A stretch of DNA of 55,802 bases from a virus (IMGVR_UViG_3300038393_001290:1-55802); one strand, 5' to 3'. Positions 48,587 through 55,802 are shown, counted from the stretch's first letter. The notes: generated by a model not told the origin, from the letters alone. Numbers and translations: made by a program.

Positions 48587-48927
48587 CCACCTTCTCTCTC
48601 CCCTTTCCGCCCGCCAGCCTGTCCGGTCACGCCGAAGGCCACTGGCGGTCCAAATCTGGACCCACGGCGCAGCATCGCAAATGGGCCAAGCTTGCCACGC
48701 TCGCGGCCAAACCCACGGTTCCGGCCATGGGCGACATCCGCATCCACGTCCGCTTCACGCCGCCCGATCGGCGCGGCGACCGCACCAACTTCCCGAACCG
48801 GATGAAGCCCTACTTCGACGGGATCGCAGACGCCCTTGGCGTGAACGATGCCCGGTTCCTGCCGAGCTACGAGTTCGCGCCCCCCGCCAAGCCCGGCGCC
48901 ATCATCATCACTCTGGAGCCTGCCTGA
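48583..48927 (+). CDS. rusA: RusA-family Holliday junction resolvase
   Basis: PPDRRGDRTNFPNRMKPYFDGIADALGVNDARF. Confidence 0.7.
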   Translation: MTTFSLPFPPASLSGHAEGHWRSKSGPTAQHRKWAKLATLAAKPTVPAMGDIRIHVRFTPPDRRGDRTNFPNRMKPYFDGIADALGVNDARFLPSYEFAPPAKPGAIIITLEPA

Positions 48928-49233
48928 ATGCTCCCCCTCACCACCAAGCAAGCCGAGTTCAAGGCGCTGATCCAGAGCCGCACGCGCCAGGGCGTCCCGC
49001 CGACGTTCGAGGAACTGTCCCAAGCCTCCGGCCTAGTGAAGTCCGGCGTCCACCGGATGATCTCCGAGCTGAAGAAGCGCGGCCACGTCGATTTCGTGCC
49101 GAACCGGCGCCAGACGCTTCGCATCATTGAGCCGGATCTTCCCTCGCTCGAGGGCCTGACCCGCAAGCAGCTCGTCCGGCTGCACGCTCAGATCGAGGCG
49201 GCGCTGGCCGATCGTTTCGCGGAGCGCGTCTGA
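48928..49233 (+). CDS. LexA N-terminal DNA-binding-domain-like winged-helix protein (no peptidase domain)
   Basis: LTTKQAEFKALIQSRTRQGVPPTFEELSQASGLVKSGVHRMISELKKRGHV. Confidence 0.6.
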   Translation: MLPLTTKQAEFKALIQSRTRQGVPPTFEELSQASGLVKSGVHRMISELKKRGHVDFVPNRRQTLRIIEPDLPSLEGLTRKQLVRLHAQIEAALADRFAERV

Positions 49234-49724
49234 TGGCGCAGATCACCCGAGAACTCGCCAAGCAGATCCTCAAGGATCGCACGGCCGGCCTGTCATACCG
49301 GCAAATCACCATCAAGCATGGCATCGCGAAAGGTTCCGCGCAGAGCATCGTCTGGCGCTTTGAGCGCGGCGGAAACGTCGGCGGCGGGTTCGCTCGCCCG
49401 AAGCCTTGGACCCCGCCCGAGATCGACGCGCTGAGGTCCCTCGCAGATCAGGGAATTTCCGTCTCCCGCATGGCGCAGCTCCTCCACCGTTCCGAGGAGC
49501 GCATCCGCCCCATGCTCAGGGAACTGCTCGGCAAGCCTTACGTGTCTCGGCCCTCCGAGGCGCTGGCCGAAGAGCGCCGGGCTTACCTCGCCAAGTGCAA
49601 GAGCGAGGCGATCGCCAGGCGCCCGAACGATCACCTGGCTCATTGCCTCGCCGTGATCCGAGCCAACAACGGCTGCGGCTATCCGGCTTACGAGATCCCG
49701 CCGACCTACCGGGTGGCCGCGTGA
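49233..49724 (+). CDS. Two-HTH protein; second half GcrA/Myb-like
   Basis: GLSYRQITIKHGIAKGSAQSIV and KPWTPPEIDALRSLADQGISVSRMAQLL; the GcrA similarity is tentative. Confidence 0.45.
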   Translation: MAQITRELAKQILKDRTAGLSYRQITIKHGIAKGSAQSIVWRFERGGNVGGGFARPKPWTPPEIDALRSLADQGISVSRMAQLLHRSEERIRPMLRELLGKPYVSRPSEALAEERRAYLAKCKSEAIARRPNDHLAHCLAVIRANNGCGYPAYEIPPTYRVAA

Positions 49725-49969
49725 CCCCGCTGCAGTCCTCCGCCCGCAAAGCTGCGGCGTTCGCCTCCAAGCTCGACTTCCGCCTGCTTGGCATCGCCTC
49801 AGAGCACGCCACCGAAGCCGAACGGGACGCCAACCTGTCTCGAGCCTTCGCCCAGTTCGTCGGCCTCCTCCCCCACATGCGGGAGCTTAAGCGGCTTAGA
49901 CCCGACCTCTACGCCAAGGCGGAAGCCGATGCGGCGACGGCGCGGGAGATTGAGGGGAGGGCGGCATGA
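49721..49969 (+). CDS. Hypothetical 82-aa helical protein (GTG start)
   Basis: GTGA overlap upstream, ATGA overlap downstream. Confidence 0.45.
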   Translation: MTPLQSSARKAAAFASKLDFRLLGIASEHATEAERDANLSRAFAQFVGLLPHMRELKRLRPDLYAKAEADAATAREIEGRAA

Positions 49970-50023
49970 CGCGGTTTCCCTCCCTTTACGCCTTTCTGAC
50001 CGGCGAGAAGCCGGAACGAAAAA

Positions 50024-50045
50024 CCCCGCCGTTGCCGCGGCGGGG
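50024..50045 (-). terminator. GC-rich hairpin; terminator-like only in the minus orientation
   Basis: CCCCGCCG-TTGCCG-CGGCGGGG, preceded on the plus strand by GAACGAAAAA (a T-tract on the minus strand). Confidence 0.35.
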
Positions 50046-50091
50046 CTCACAGCCCGCAACCGGGCCTCAACCACTTAAGGAGTCACCAGAT

Positions 50092-51012
50092 ATGGTAGTT
50101 GCTTTGATGCCGAAAGCCAAGGATGGCGCCCCGTCAGTCCACACAAAACCGCAGCGGGTCACGGAAGCCGACCAACTCGCCGCTTGGATCGCGCGTGGCG
50201 AACAAGAGGTGTTCTCGGTCACGGCGCTGTTGACGCCGACGCTGGCGGCGCTCTTGACCCAACGCAACGAAGAAAACCGCCCGGTGACCTGGAAGGGCGG
50301 CAATCGTTCGGTGGCGGCTTACTCCGCCGCCATGCAGCGGGGCGAGTGGCGCCTGAACGGTGAGAGCATTGTCATCTCCCGCTGCGGCGCACTGAACGAC
50401 GGGCAACATCGCTGTTACGCGGTGCTTGACTGCCAAGTCACCATCCCAGTGCAGATCACCTTTGGCGTCGAGCGCGATACGCGCCACACGGTAAATCAGG
50501 GGATCGCGCGTACGCCAGGCCACATCCTGGCAATGGCCGGCGAGGTGAACACCAACCAGCTCGCCACGGCTCTTCAAATGCTGTGGTGCTTGGACTCTGG
50601 CGAGACCCTGAACGCGCGCCCTTCGATGGATCAGTTGCAGGAGACGCTTGCGCGCCATCCGCAGATCCGCGACGCCATTCCGGCTACCGGCAAGCTCTAT
50701 GGCCACTACCGCCTGTCGGCCGGCTATATCGCCGGGGCGCACTACCTGTGTCGCAAGCATCGCGATTTCGACGCCGATCAGTTCCTTGGCGCTGTCACTA
50801 CCGGCCTGAACATCCGGAACGTCAATTCTCCGATCGCGCGACTGCGGAAGCAGTTCGAGGAGCATTCCGCGAAGCGCAAGCCTATCGCGCGCGACGAACA
50901 GGCCGCCCTCTACATCAAGGGCTTCAACAACTTCATTCGGGGGCGCACCGGCGCGCTCGTGTGGCGGAACACCGGCCCGGCAGCCGAAGCGTTCCCTGTG
51001 GTCGGAGGCTGA
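50092..51012 (+). CDS. ParB/Srx-fold DGQHR-motif protein
   Basis: GALNDGQHRCYAVLD; AAGGAG SD 9 nt before ATG 50092. ATG 49966 (ATGA-coupled) is an alternative start that would put the hairpin inside the coding sequence. Confidence 0.6.
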   Translation: MVVALMPKAKDGAPSVHTKPQRVTEADQLAAWIARGEQEVFSVTALLTPTLAALLTQRNEENRPVTWKGGNRSVAAYSAAMQRGEWRLNGESIVISRCGALNDGQHRCYAVLDCQVTIPVQITFGVERDTRHTVNQGIARTPGHILAMAGEVNTNQLATALQMLWCLDSGETLNARPSMDQLQETLARHPQIRDAIPATGKLYGHYRLSAGYIAGAHYLCRKHRDFDADQFLGAVTTGLNIRNVNSPIARLRKQFEEHSAKRKPIARDEQAALYIKGFNNFIRGRTGALVWRNTGPAAEAFPVVGG

Positions 51013-51015
51013 GCC

Positions 51016-51810
51016 GTGAAGGTGGAGCGCCTCTTTATCGCGGATGTGGAGACGGGCGACCGCCTGCGGGCGGTCACGCCCGAGCGGGTGGCCGGCATCA
51101 AAGCATCCATCGCGGAGATCGGATTGCGCACGCCGATCACCGTGGCGGCGGCGCGTGACGGCGACGAATGGCATTTCCGCCTCGTCGCAGGCGCGCACCG
51201 TCTGGAGGCGCTCCGCCAACTCGGCGAGGAGTTTGTTGAAGCCTATGTCATGGAGGGCAGCGAAGACGACGCCGCCCTCTGGGAGATCGATGAGAACTTC
51301 GCCCGCGCTGAGCTGACCGACGCCCAGCGCGCCGATCACCACGTCCGCCGCGAGGAGATACTGAAGCGGAAGGGACTGGTTAGCTCCCATGGTGGCGCCC
51401 GGAAGCAAAACGACAAATTGTCGTCTTGCTCTTATGCCGAACGCGCTTCGGCCGATCTGGGTGTGGATAGGCGGACCGTTCAGCGAGACCTCGCGCGCGG
51501 CAAGAAGATCGCGCCAGAGGTGCTCGCCGAAGTCGCGGGCACGGATCTCGACAAAGGCGTGGTGCTGGACGAGTTGGCCCGCGCGCCGGCCGCCCAGCAA
51601 CCCGCGCTACTGGACGAAATCCGTGCGCGGCGGGAGGCCCACAAGCTAAACGCAGAGCACAACCGGGTCATCGCCCTGACCGACGCCGAGCAGTTCGCCG
51701 AGTGGCTTATGGCTCGGACGGACCTTGATGAGCTGCCCACCATCATCTCGTGGCTGGAGGGCACAAAAGCCAAGGACGTGATCGCGGCGCTCCGCAGAGA
51801 GGCCGCCTAG
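51016..51810 (+). CDS. ParB N-terminal (nuclease-like) domain protein (GTG start)
   Basis: RTPITVAA...FRLVAGAHRLEALRQLG...IDENFARAELT. Confidence 0.7.
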   Translation: MKVERLFIADVETGDRLRAVTPERVAGIKASIAEIGLRTPITVAAARDGDEWHFRLVAGAHRLEALRQLGEEFVEAYVMEGSEDDAALWEIDENFARAELTDAQRADHHVRREEILKRKGLVSSHGGARKQNDKLSSCSYAERASADLGVDRRTVQRDLARGKKIAPEVLAEVAGTDLDKGVVLDELARAPAAQQPALLDEIRARREAHKLNAEHNRVIALTDAEQFAEWLMARTDLDELPTIISWLEGTKAKDVIAALRREAA

Positions 51811-51813
51811 CCC

Positions 51814-52722
51814 GTGAGCGTCCAAGCCCTCACCTGCGCCATGGCTATTCGCGGCGTCTCGGCCTCCGAGAAGCTGCTGCTGCTGGTGCTCGCGAACTTC
51901 GCGGATGAGGGCATGGCCTGCTGGCCGTCGCATAAGCGCCTGGCCGATGACACCGGCCTCTCTCAGCGCACCATCCTGACCCTCATGAAGGGGCTCGAGG
52001 AGCGGAAGATCATCAGCCGAGAGGAGCGCACCCGCTCCGATGGCTCGCGCGCCTCCGACAAGATCACGCTGCACTTTAGTGGGGAAGTCATTTCCCCACG
52101 TGGGGAAACCGTTTCAGGGGGTGGGGAAGCCACTTCGCCGGGGTGGGGAAATGAGCAGCAGGGGGGTGGGGAAATGGTTTCACCCCTCACTACGTTTGAA
52201 CCATCCACTGAACCATCAGAGGAACCAAAGCGCGCGGTGAGCGCGCGCGACCTCGCCAAGCAGATTTGGGAACTTCAGCCCGTCCTCGACGGCAAGCGGC
52301 GCTCCACCTGTCCCGACGTTGAGCGGGCGCTGGGTCCGGTGCTCAAGCACGCCCAGCCCGATGAGGTCGTGAACGCCTGCCGCGGCTACTACGCCCTCCC
52401 GGCAAGCCGAAAAGAGGGCGGAGCCTTCGCCATGGGCGCCGCTCGCCTGCTGCAGCGCGACCGCTGGAAGGAGTTCGTGGGCACGGCCGCGCCGACCGCA
52501 CGCCTCGCGACCGTCAAGCCGTTCCCTGATGAGGCGATCCGCAACGCCATTGTGGCGGCCAAGGACGAGGCCTGGGCGCGCTCCTGGCTGGACCCGTGCA
52601 GTTGGGAGCCTGAGCGCCGGGTGATCGTCCCGCGCAATGGCCTCGCCGCGCAGAAGCTCCGCTCCGAAGTCCTCCGCATCCTGCAAGCCCGAAAAGCCTC
52701 AATCCAAGAGCTAGCCGCATGA
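51814..52722 (+). CDS. Replication initiator-like protein (HTH_36-type N-terminal domain)
   Basis: SASEKLLLLVLANFADEGMACWPSHKRLADDTGLSQRTILTLMKGLEERKII; contains internal iterons. Confidence 0.65.
   Translation: MSVQALTCAMAIRGVSASEKLLLLVLANFADEGMACWPSHKRLADDTGLSQRTILTLMKGLEERKIISREERTRSDGSRASDKITLHFSGEVISPRGETVSGGGEATSPGWGNEQQGGGEMVSPLTTFEPSTEPSEEPKRAVSARDLAKQIWELQPVLDGKRRSTCPDVERALGPVLKHAQPDEVVNACRGYYALPASRKEGGAFAMGAARLLQRDRWKEFVGTAAPTARLATVKPFPDEAIRNAIVAAKDEAWARSWLDPCSWEPERRVIVPRNGLAAQKLRSEVLRILQARKASIQELAA
52079..52173 (+). repeat. Five GTGGGGAA iterons (candidate origin of replication)
   Basis: Copies start at 52079, 52100, 52121, 52143 and 52166 (21-23 bp spacing) inside the initiator gene. 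Confidence 0.7.
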
Positions 52723-52913
52723 AGCAACCGCCCGTCTCCGACTTCGTGCTGCGCTCATGCTGGCTGAAGGAGGCCTTCACCTGCAGAAGTCTCGCGCAAA
52801 GGGCGGCTACGCGGATCAACAACACGTCAAGCAAGCGGGTTCGCATCCACGTGGAGCCGTTCAGGTGCCGGGTCTGTGGGGCATTCCACATCGGCAAGAG
52901 GAAGAAGCCATGA
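52719..52913 (+). CDS. Hypothetical 64-aa protein with CxxC near the C-terminus
   Basis: ATGA overlap; RCRVCGAFHIGKRKK. Confidence 0.5.
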   Translation: MKQPPVSDFVLRSCWLKEAFTCRSLAQRAATRINNTSSKRVRIHVEPFRCRVCGAFHIGKRKKP

Positions 52914-52950
52914 CCTAGGCCGCTTGGGGCCGATCACGAGGAACACGCCA

Positions 52951-53370
52951 TTGACCCGCATCATCCACGGCATCAGCCGGGAGCTGCTTAGGGCCGCGTT
53001 CTGCGACTACTTCGGCGTGGCTGAGGAGCACGCGGATATCCTGGTGCTGCTCTATGAGCGGCCAGGAGAACCGATCCCGACAAAGGATCTTGCCAAGCTC
53101 CTGAATAGCCATCGGCCCCCGACGCGAGGGGCGATCCATGAGCGCATCCGGTTCCTTCGGGAGGGGATGGAAGCCGAGAGCTTGGATTCCGGCAGCCACT
53201 TGGATGACCGGGGTTACAGCCTGACGGAGATCGGCCTGGGGGAGTGCGCCAAGGCTCTCCGCGTCATGGCGGAAGCGCTCGCCAAGTGTGGGCCGGCGAC
53301 GATGCTTGCGGGGCGGAACGTGGAGGCGATCCGGCGGGGTGAAGAACCCCAACAGCTCAGGTCCGCGTAA
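52951..53370 (+). CDS. Winged-helix (OmpR-like) protein, TTG start
   Basis: GAGGAA 8 nt before TTG 52951; AIHERIRFLREGM...DDRGYSL resembles the 45578 protein. ATG 52876 is an alternative start. Confidence 0.45.
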   Translation: MTRIIHGISRELLRAAFCDYFGVAEEHADILVLLYERPGEPIPTKDLAKLLNSHRPPTRGAIHERIRFLREGMEAESLDSGSHLDDRGYSLTEIGLGECAKALRVMAEALAKCGPATMLAGRNVEAIRRGEEPQQLRSA

Positions 53371-53439
53371 CGCCCAAAACCACCCGCTTTGTAGCAGCTT
53401 TTTCCTTGTGATTCAACCCGTTATGTGGGAAGCTAGAGC

Positions 53440-53709
53440 ATGGCATCTGAGATGATAGAGCGAGTGGCTCGGGCGCTGGCCATTGCGGATGGCAGGGACC
53501 CTGAAGGGCACAGCATCGAGCTTCGCGACGGGTCGCTCCATCTCGGCAAGCAGTGGGAGGCGTTTGTCCCGACCGCCCGCGCAGCCATCGAGGCCATGCA
53601 GGAACCGATGCCAGAGATGATGGCGGCCATCAGCCTCCAAACATCGACCGATGGCTGCGTGAACTACCGCGCCATGCTCAACGCCGCCCGAGCGGAGCCC
53701 GCGAAGTGA
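53440..53709 (+). CDS. Hypothetical 89-aa protein
   Basis: ORF after a 69-nt lower-GC spacer; no recognised domain. Confidence 0.55.
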   Translation: MASEMIERVARALAIADGRDPEGHSIELRDGSLHLGKQWEAFVPTARAAIEAMQEPMPEMMAAISLQTSTDGCVNYRAMLNAARAEPAK

Positions 53710-53930
53710 GCGAGGAGCTGATCGCATTCCGAAAGCCGGGCGGTGGTACCATCCCGATTTGGGCGAGTGAGGTCGAGACCTACGGCCCAGCGCCCGTGCG
53801 GGGATCGCAGATCGACCTCAAGGATGGAACCCGCATTCGAGTCGATAACACCTGCCGGAAGGTCTTCGATCTGCTCTCGGCTACCGGGTGGAGTTTTCCA
53901 GCCAATCCCAGCACGCCCGCGCCCCGCTGA
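53706..53930 (+). CDS. Hypothetical 74-aa protein (GTG start)
   Basis: GTGA overlap; its TGA stop lies inside the CTGAG core of promoter copy 10. Confidence 0.5.
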   Translation: MSEELIAFRKPGGGTIPIWASEVETYGPAPVRGSQIDLKDGTRIRVDNTCRKVFDLLSATGWSFPANPSTPAPR

Positions 53931-53954
53931 GAACACCCCCCGCCAAGCCATACT
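53919..53954 (+). promoter_or_regulatory. Late promoter-like element, copy 10 (packaging operon)
   Basis: GCGCCCCG-CTGAGA-16 nt-CATACT; ATG 53960 lies 5 nt after the -10. Confidence 0.6.
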
Positions 53955-53959
53955 CCACC

Positions 53960-54157
53960 ATGGAGAGCACCATGGACCACCCGACCTATCTGGAACAGTT
54001 CAACGACATCGTGACGAAGGTCTTGCCGGAAGTGGCCCTGATGCAGGGCCGAGGCGACCACGAGAGCGCAACACAGCTCGTCACCCAACTCCGCGCCAAG
54101 CTGGACGACATGTGGTCCCAGCGCGTGGCGGATGCGGAACGCGGGGTGGCGCCGTGA
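53960..54157 (+). CDS. Hypothetical 65-aa helical protein
   Basis: Start assigned from promoter geometry (leaderless); ATG 53972 is an alternative start. Confidence 0.5.
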   Translation: MESTMDHPTYLEQFNDIVTKVLPEVALMQGRGDHESATQLVTQLRAKLDDMWSQRVADAERGVAP

Positions 54158-54279
54158 TGGATTTCCTCCGCTTCTGCACGCAGGACCGCAACCACGTCAT
54201 CGGCAGTTTGGTCGTGCTCTGGATGCTGTTCGAGGGGCTTAAGGGCCTGATCCTGGCGGCTCGCGGACGAGACGCATGA
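54157..54279 (+). CDS. 40-aa membrane peptide
   Basis: VIGSLVVLWMLFEGLKGLILAA; coupled at both ends. Confidence 0.4.
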   Translation: MDFLRFCTQDRNHVIGSLVVLWMLFEGLKGLILAARGRDA

Positions 54280-54881
54280 CCAAACCCCCCAAGCCCAAGG
54301 GAAGGCCGAGCAAGTATGAGAACGGCCTGACGCTGCGCGAGGCGAAGAGGCTGGAAGGAGCGTTCGTCTACGGGTTGGCTGACGAGGGCGGCATTTTCTA
54401 CATCGGGCAAACGCGATCAGCGCGAAGGCGATTTCAAGCCCACGCTGAGGCCAGAACAAACAACCCGATCTTGCGGGAGCGCATCAAAGCCACTGGCGAT
54501 ACTCTCCGAGTGCTAATTCTGCACGAGAATCCAGACGACTTAAGCGCCACAGAGCGCGAAGAAATCCGGCGTCGGGGGGCCGATCTGGTCAACCTTGTCG
54601 GTGCTGACCACTTCGCCTGGAGCAAGCGCTCCGATTTGCCGTGGGGTGCTGGAACTGGTGTGCACGCCCCAACCGCATACGCGATGATGCGCGTCCGACC
54701 CCATGTTCGCGCCGAACTCAGGGAGCGCCTCGCCGGCATGACGAATGCTGAGCGGTGCTTGTACGAAGTTCAGTTGCTCGCGTCGTGGCCGGACCCGCTT
54801 CAGCGGAAGTTCGATCGCTGGCTTTCGATCACGCGCGACAAGATGATCGCGTGCCTGGAGGAAGAGCATGGCGCGGCCTAG
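54276..54881 (+). CDS. GIY-YIG nuclease (homing-endonuclease-like)
   Basis: FVYGLADEGGIFYIGQTRSARRRFQAH...EREEIRR...LVNLV supplies the GIY, YIG, R, E and N elements. Confidence 0.75.
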   Translation: MTKPPKPKGRPSKYENGLTLREAKRLEGAFVYGLADEGGIFYIGQTRSARRRFQAHAEARTNNPILRERIKATGDTLRVLILHENPDDLSATEREEIRRRGADLVNLVGADHFAWSKRSDLPWGAGTGVHAPTAYAMMRVRPHVRAELRERLAGMTNAERCLYEVQLLASWPDPLQRKFDRWLSITRDKMIACLEEEHGAA

Positions 54882-55347
54882 CGACTTCACCCAGGAGATT
54901 GCCGACGAAATCTGCGAGCGCATCGCGACCACGCCAAGAGGCATCGACTTCATCTGCGAGAGCGATGAGGGCCTTCCTTCGGCGCGTACTGTGCATCGCT
55001 GGCTGAACGCGAACGAGGCGTTTCGGCAGAGTTACCTGCGCGCGCGCGAGCGGCAGGCTGACCTTCTGTTCGACCAGTGTCTGGAAATCGCGGACGACAA
55101 CTCCAACGACACGAAGCTTGTAGGAGCGGAGGGCGCTGAACACGAGGCGGCAAACAGCGAGTGGATCAGCCGGTCAAAGCTGCGGGTCGATACGCGCCTG
55201 CGGATGGCTGGCAAGCTCGCGCCGAAGAAGTACGGCGACGCTGTGCACCTCAAGCACTCGGCCCCAGATGGCGGTCCGATCCAATATACCGACCTGTCGG
55301 ACGAAGAGCTTGAACGTCGCATCGCTCAGCTCAGCGGCCAAGCGTGA
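54868..55347 (+). CDS. terS: Terminase small subunit
   Basis: MARPSDFTQEIADEICERIA...LPSARTVHRWL...FRQSYLRARERQAD...RSKLRVDTRLRMAGKLAPKKYGD matches the common HTH-type small terminase family. Confidence 0.85.
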   Translation: MARPSDFTQEIADEICERIATTPRGIDFICESDEGLPSARTVHRWLNANEAFRQSYLRARERQADLLFDQCLEIADDNSNDTKLVGAEGAEHEAANSEWISRSKLRVDTRLRMAGKLAPKKYGDAVHLKHSAPDGGPIQYTDLSDEELERRIAQLSGQA

Positions 55348-55802
55348 GCTTCTCCCGCTTCTAGAGGAGCGGGCTCGGCGACAGCGCAGGAAGGCGGCGC
55401 GGGACAGCCTGCGCGCCTACTGTTCCCTTATCGAAATACCTGGCGCTCCGATCGGAGAGGAAGCCGACGACGCCTTGGACGGCGTTTATGCGCCCGTCGA
55501 AACGCCGCTAGCGGCCCACCACGAGCTGCTGATCTCAAAGCTGCAGGACGTCGCTGACGGCAAGATTCGCCGCCTGATGATCTTCATGCCGCCCGGCTCG
55601 GCGAAGTCCACCTACGCCAGCGTCGTCTTTCCGTCGTGGATCATGGGCCGTCGCAAGCGGCTCAACGTCGGCGTCGCCACATACGCCACAGACCTAGCCC
55701 GCAAGATGGGGCGCAAGGTGCGCTCGATTGTCCGTCAGCCCATCTATCGCGAGGTGTTCGGCACTGGGCTTGCGGCAGATCAGGCCGCAGCGAACGAATG
55801 GG
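55268..55802 (+). CDS. terL: Terminase large subunit, N-terminal part (runs off the window end; continues at position 128)
   Basis: Open frame from 55124; ATG 55268 or TTG 55310 as start; Walker A MIFMPPGSAKST. The joined product is 568 aa if it starts at 55268. Confidence 0.85.
   Translation, partial: MAVRSNIPTCRTKSLNVASLSSAAKRELLPLLEERARRQRRKAARDSLRAYCSLIEIPGAPIGEEADDALDGVYAPVETPLAAHHELLISKLQDVADGKIRRLMIFMPPGSAKSTYASVVFPSWIMGRRKRLNVGVATYATDLARKMGRKVRSIVRQPIYREVFGTGLAADQAAANEW
55676..55802. repeat. Terminal direct repeat identical to 1-127
   Basis: Exact 127-nt identity with the window start. Confidence 0.95.

Noticed and set aside
48028-51600. Minus-strand ORFs 48028-49023 and 50134-51600
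   Set aside because: They are antisense to the methyltransferase, RusA and ParB-fold genes, all of which carry diagnostic motifs.
52079-52173. CRISPR-like repeat array
   Set aside because: The repeats are only 8 bp with about 14-bp spacers and lie inside a coding region. This is classic iteron geometry rather than CRISPR. No cas genes or other arrays were seen anywhere in the window.
1-55802. T7-like phage with its own RNA polymerase recognising the repeated promoter motif
   Set aside because: No ORF of suitable size or motif content exists. The largest proteins are the portal and an A/G-rich ejection protein. The motif also has sigma70-like -35/-10 geometry.

Overview
The window is a complete, circularly closed, GC-rich temperate phage genome. 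The first 127 nt are identical to the last 127 nt, so the unique length is 55,675 bp, and the large terminase gene reads across that junction.

Layout:
- Plus strand 53.9 kb -> 33.4 kb (through the junction): packaging, portal, a ~7 kb accessory island, scaffold, major capsid, a sugar/protein-modification cluster, tail and ejection proteins, and a lysis cassette (SAR endolysin, overlapping spanins).
- Minus strand 44.2 -> 33.4 kb: early-left operon with a Sak4-like ATPase, Gp157-like, NinB-like and Ref-like HNH recombination set, then xis, int and attP (containing a 5' half of a tRNA-Thr-like sequence), then a small accessory operon.
- 44.3-44.8 kb: immunity switch.
- Plus strand 44.8-53.9 kb: early-right operon with C5 methyltransferase, RusA, two ParB-fold proteins and a replication initiator with internal iterons.

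The head and tail module looks podovirus-like. No phage RNA polymerase gene is present. The host is probably an alphaproteobacterium, but that is inference only.

Most notable observations:
1. The major capsid gene is split by a 765-nt, heavily hairpinned insert that carries a LAGLIDADG endonuclease gene on the opposite strand.
2. Ten (possibly eleven) copies of a 36-bp late-promoter-like element share an unusually long conserved upstream box. Several appear to drive leaderless mRNAs.
3. A glycosyltransferase fused to a Maf-type (DUF115) domain, plus an FkbM methyltransferase, sits inside the structural operon.
4. A split SGNH + AT3 acetylation pair lies between portal and scaffold.
5. An RHH-controlled divergent cassette is embedded in the tail genes.

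All functional calls rest on motif recognition by eye. No database search was run.
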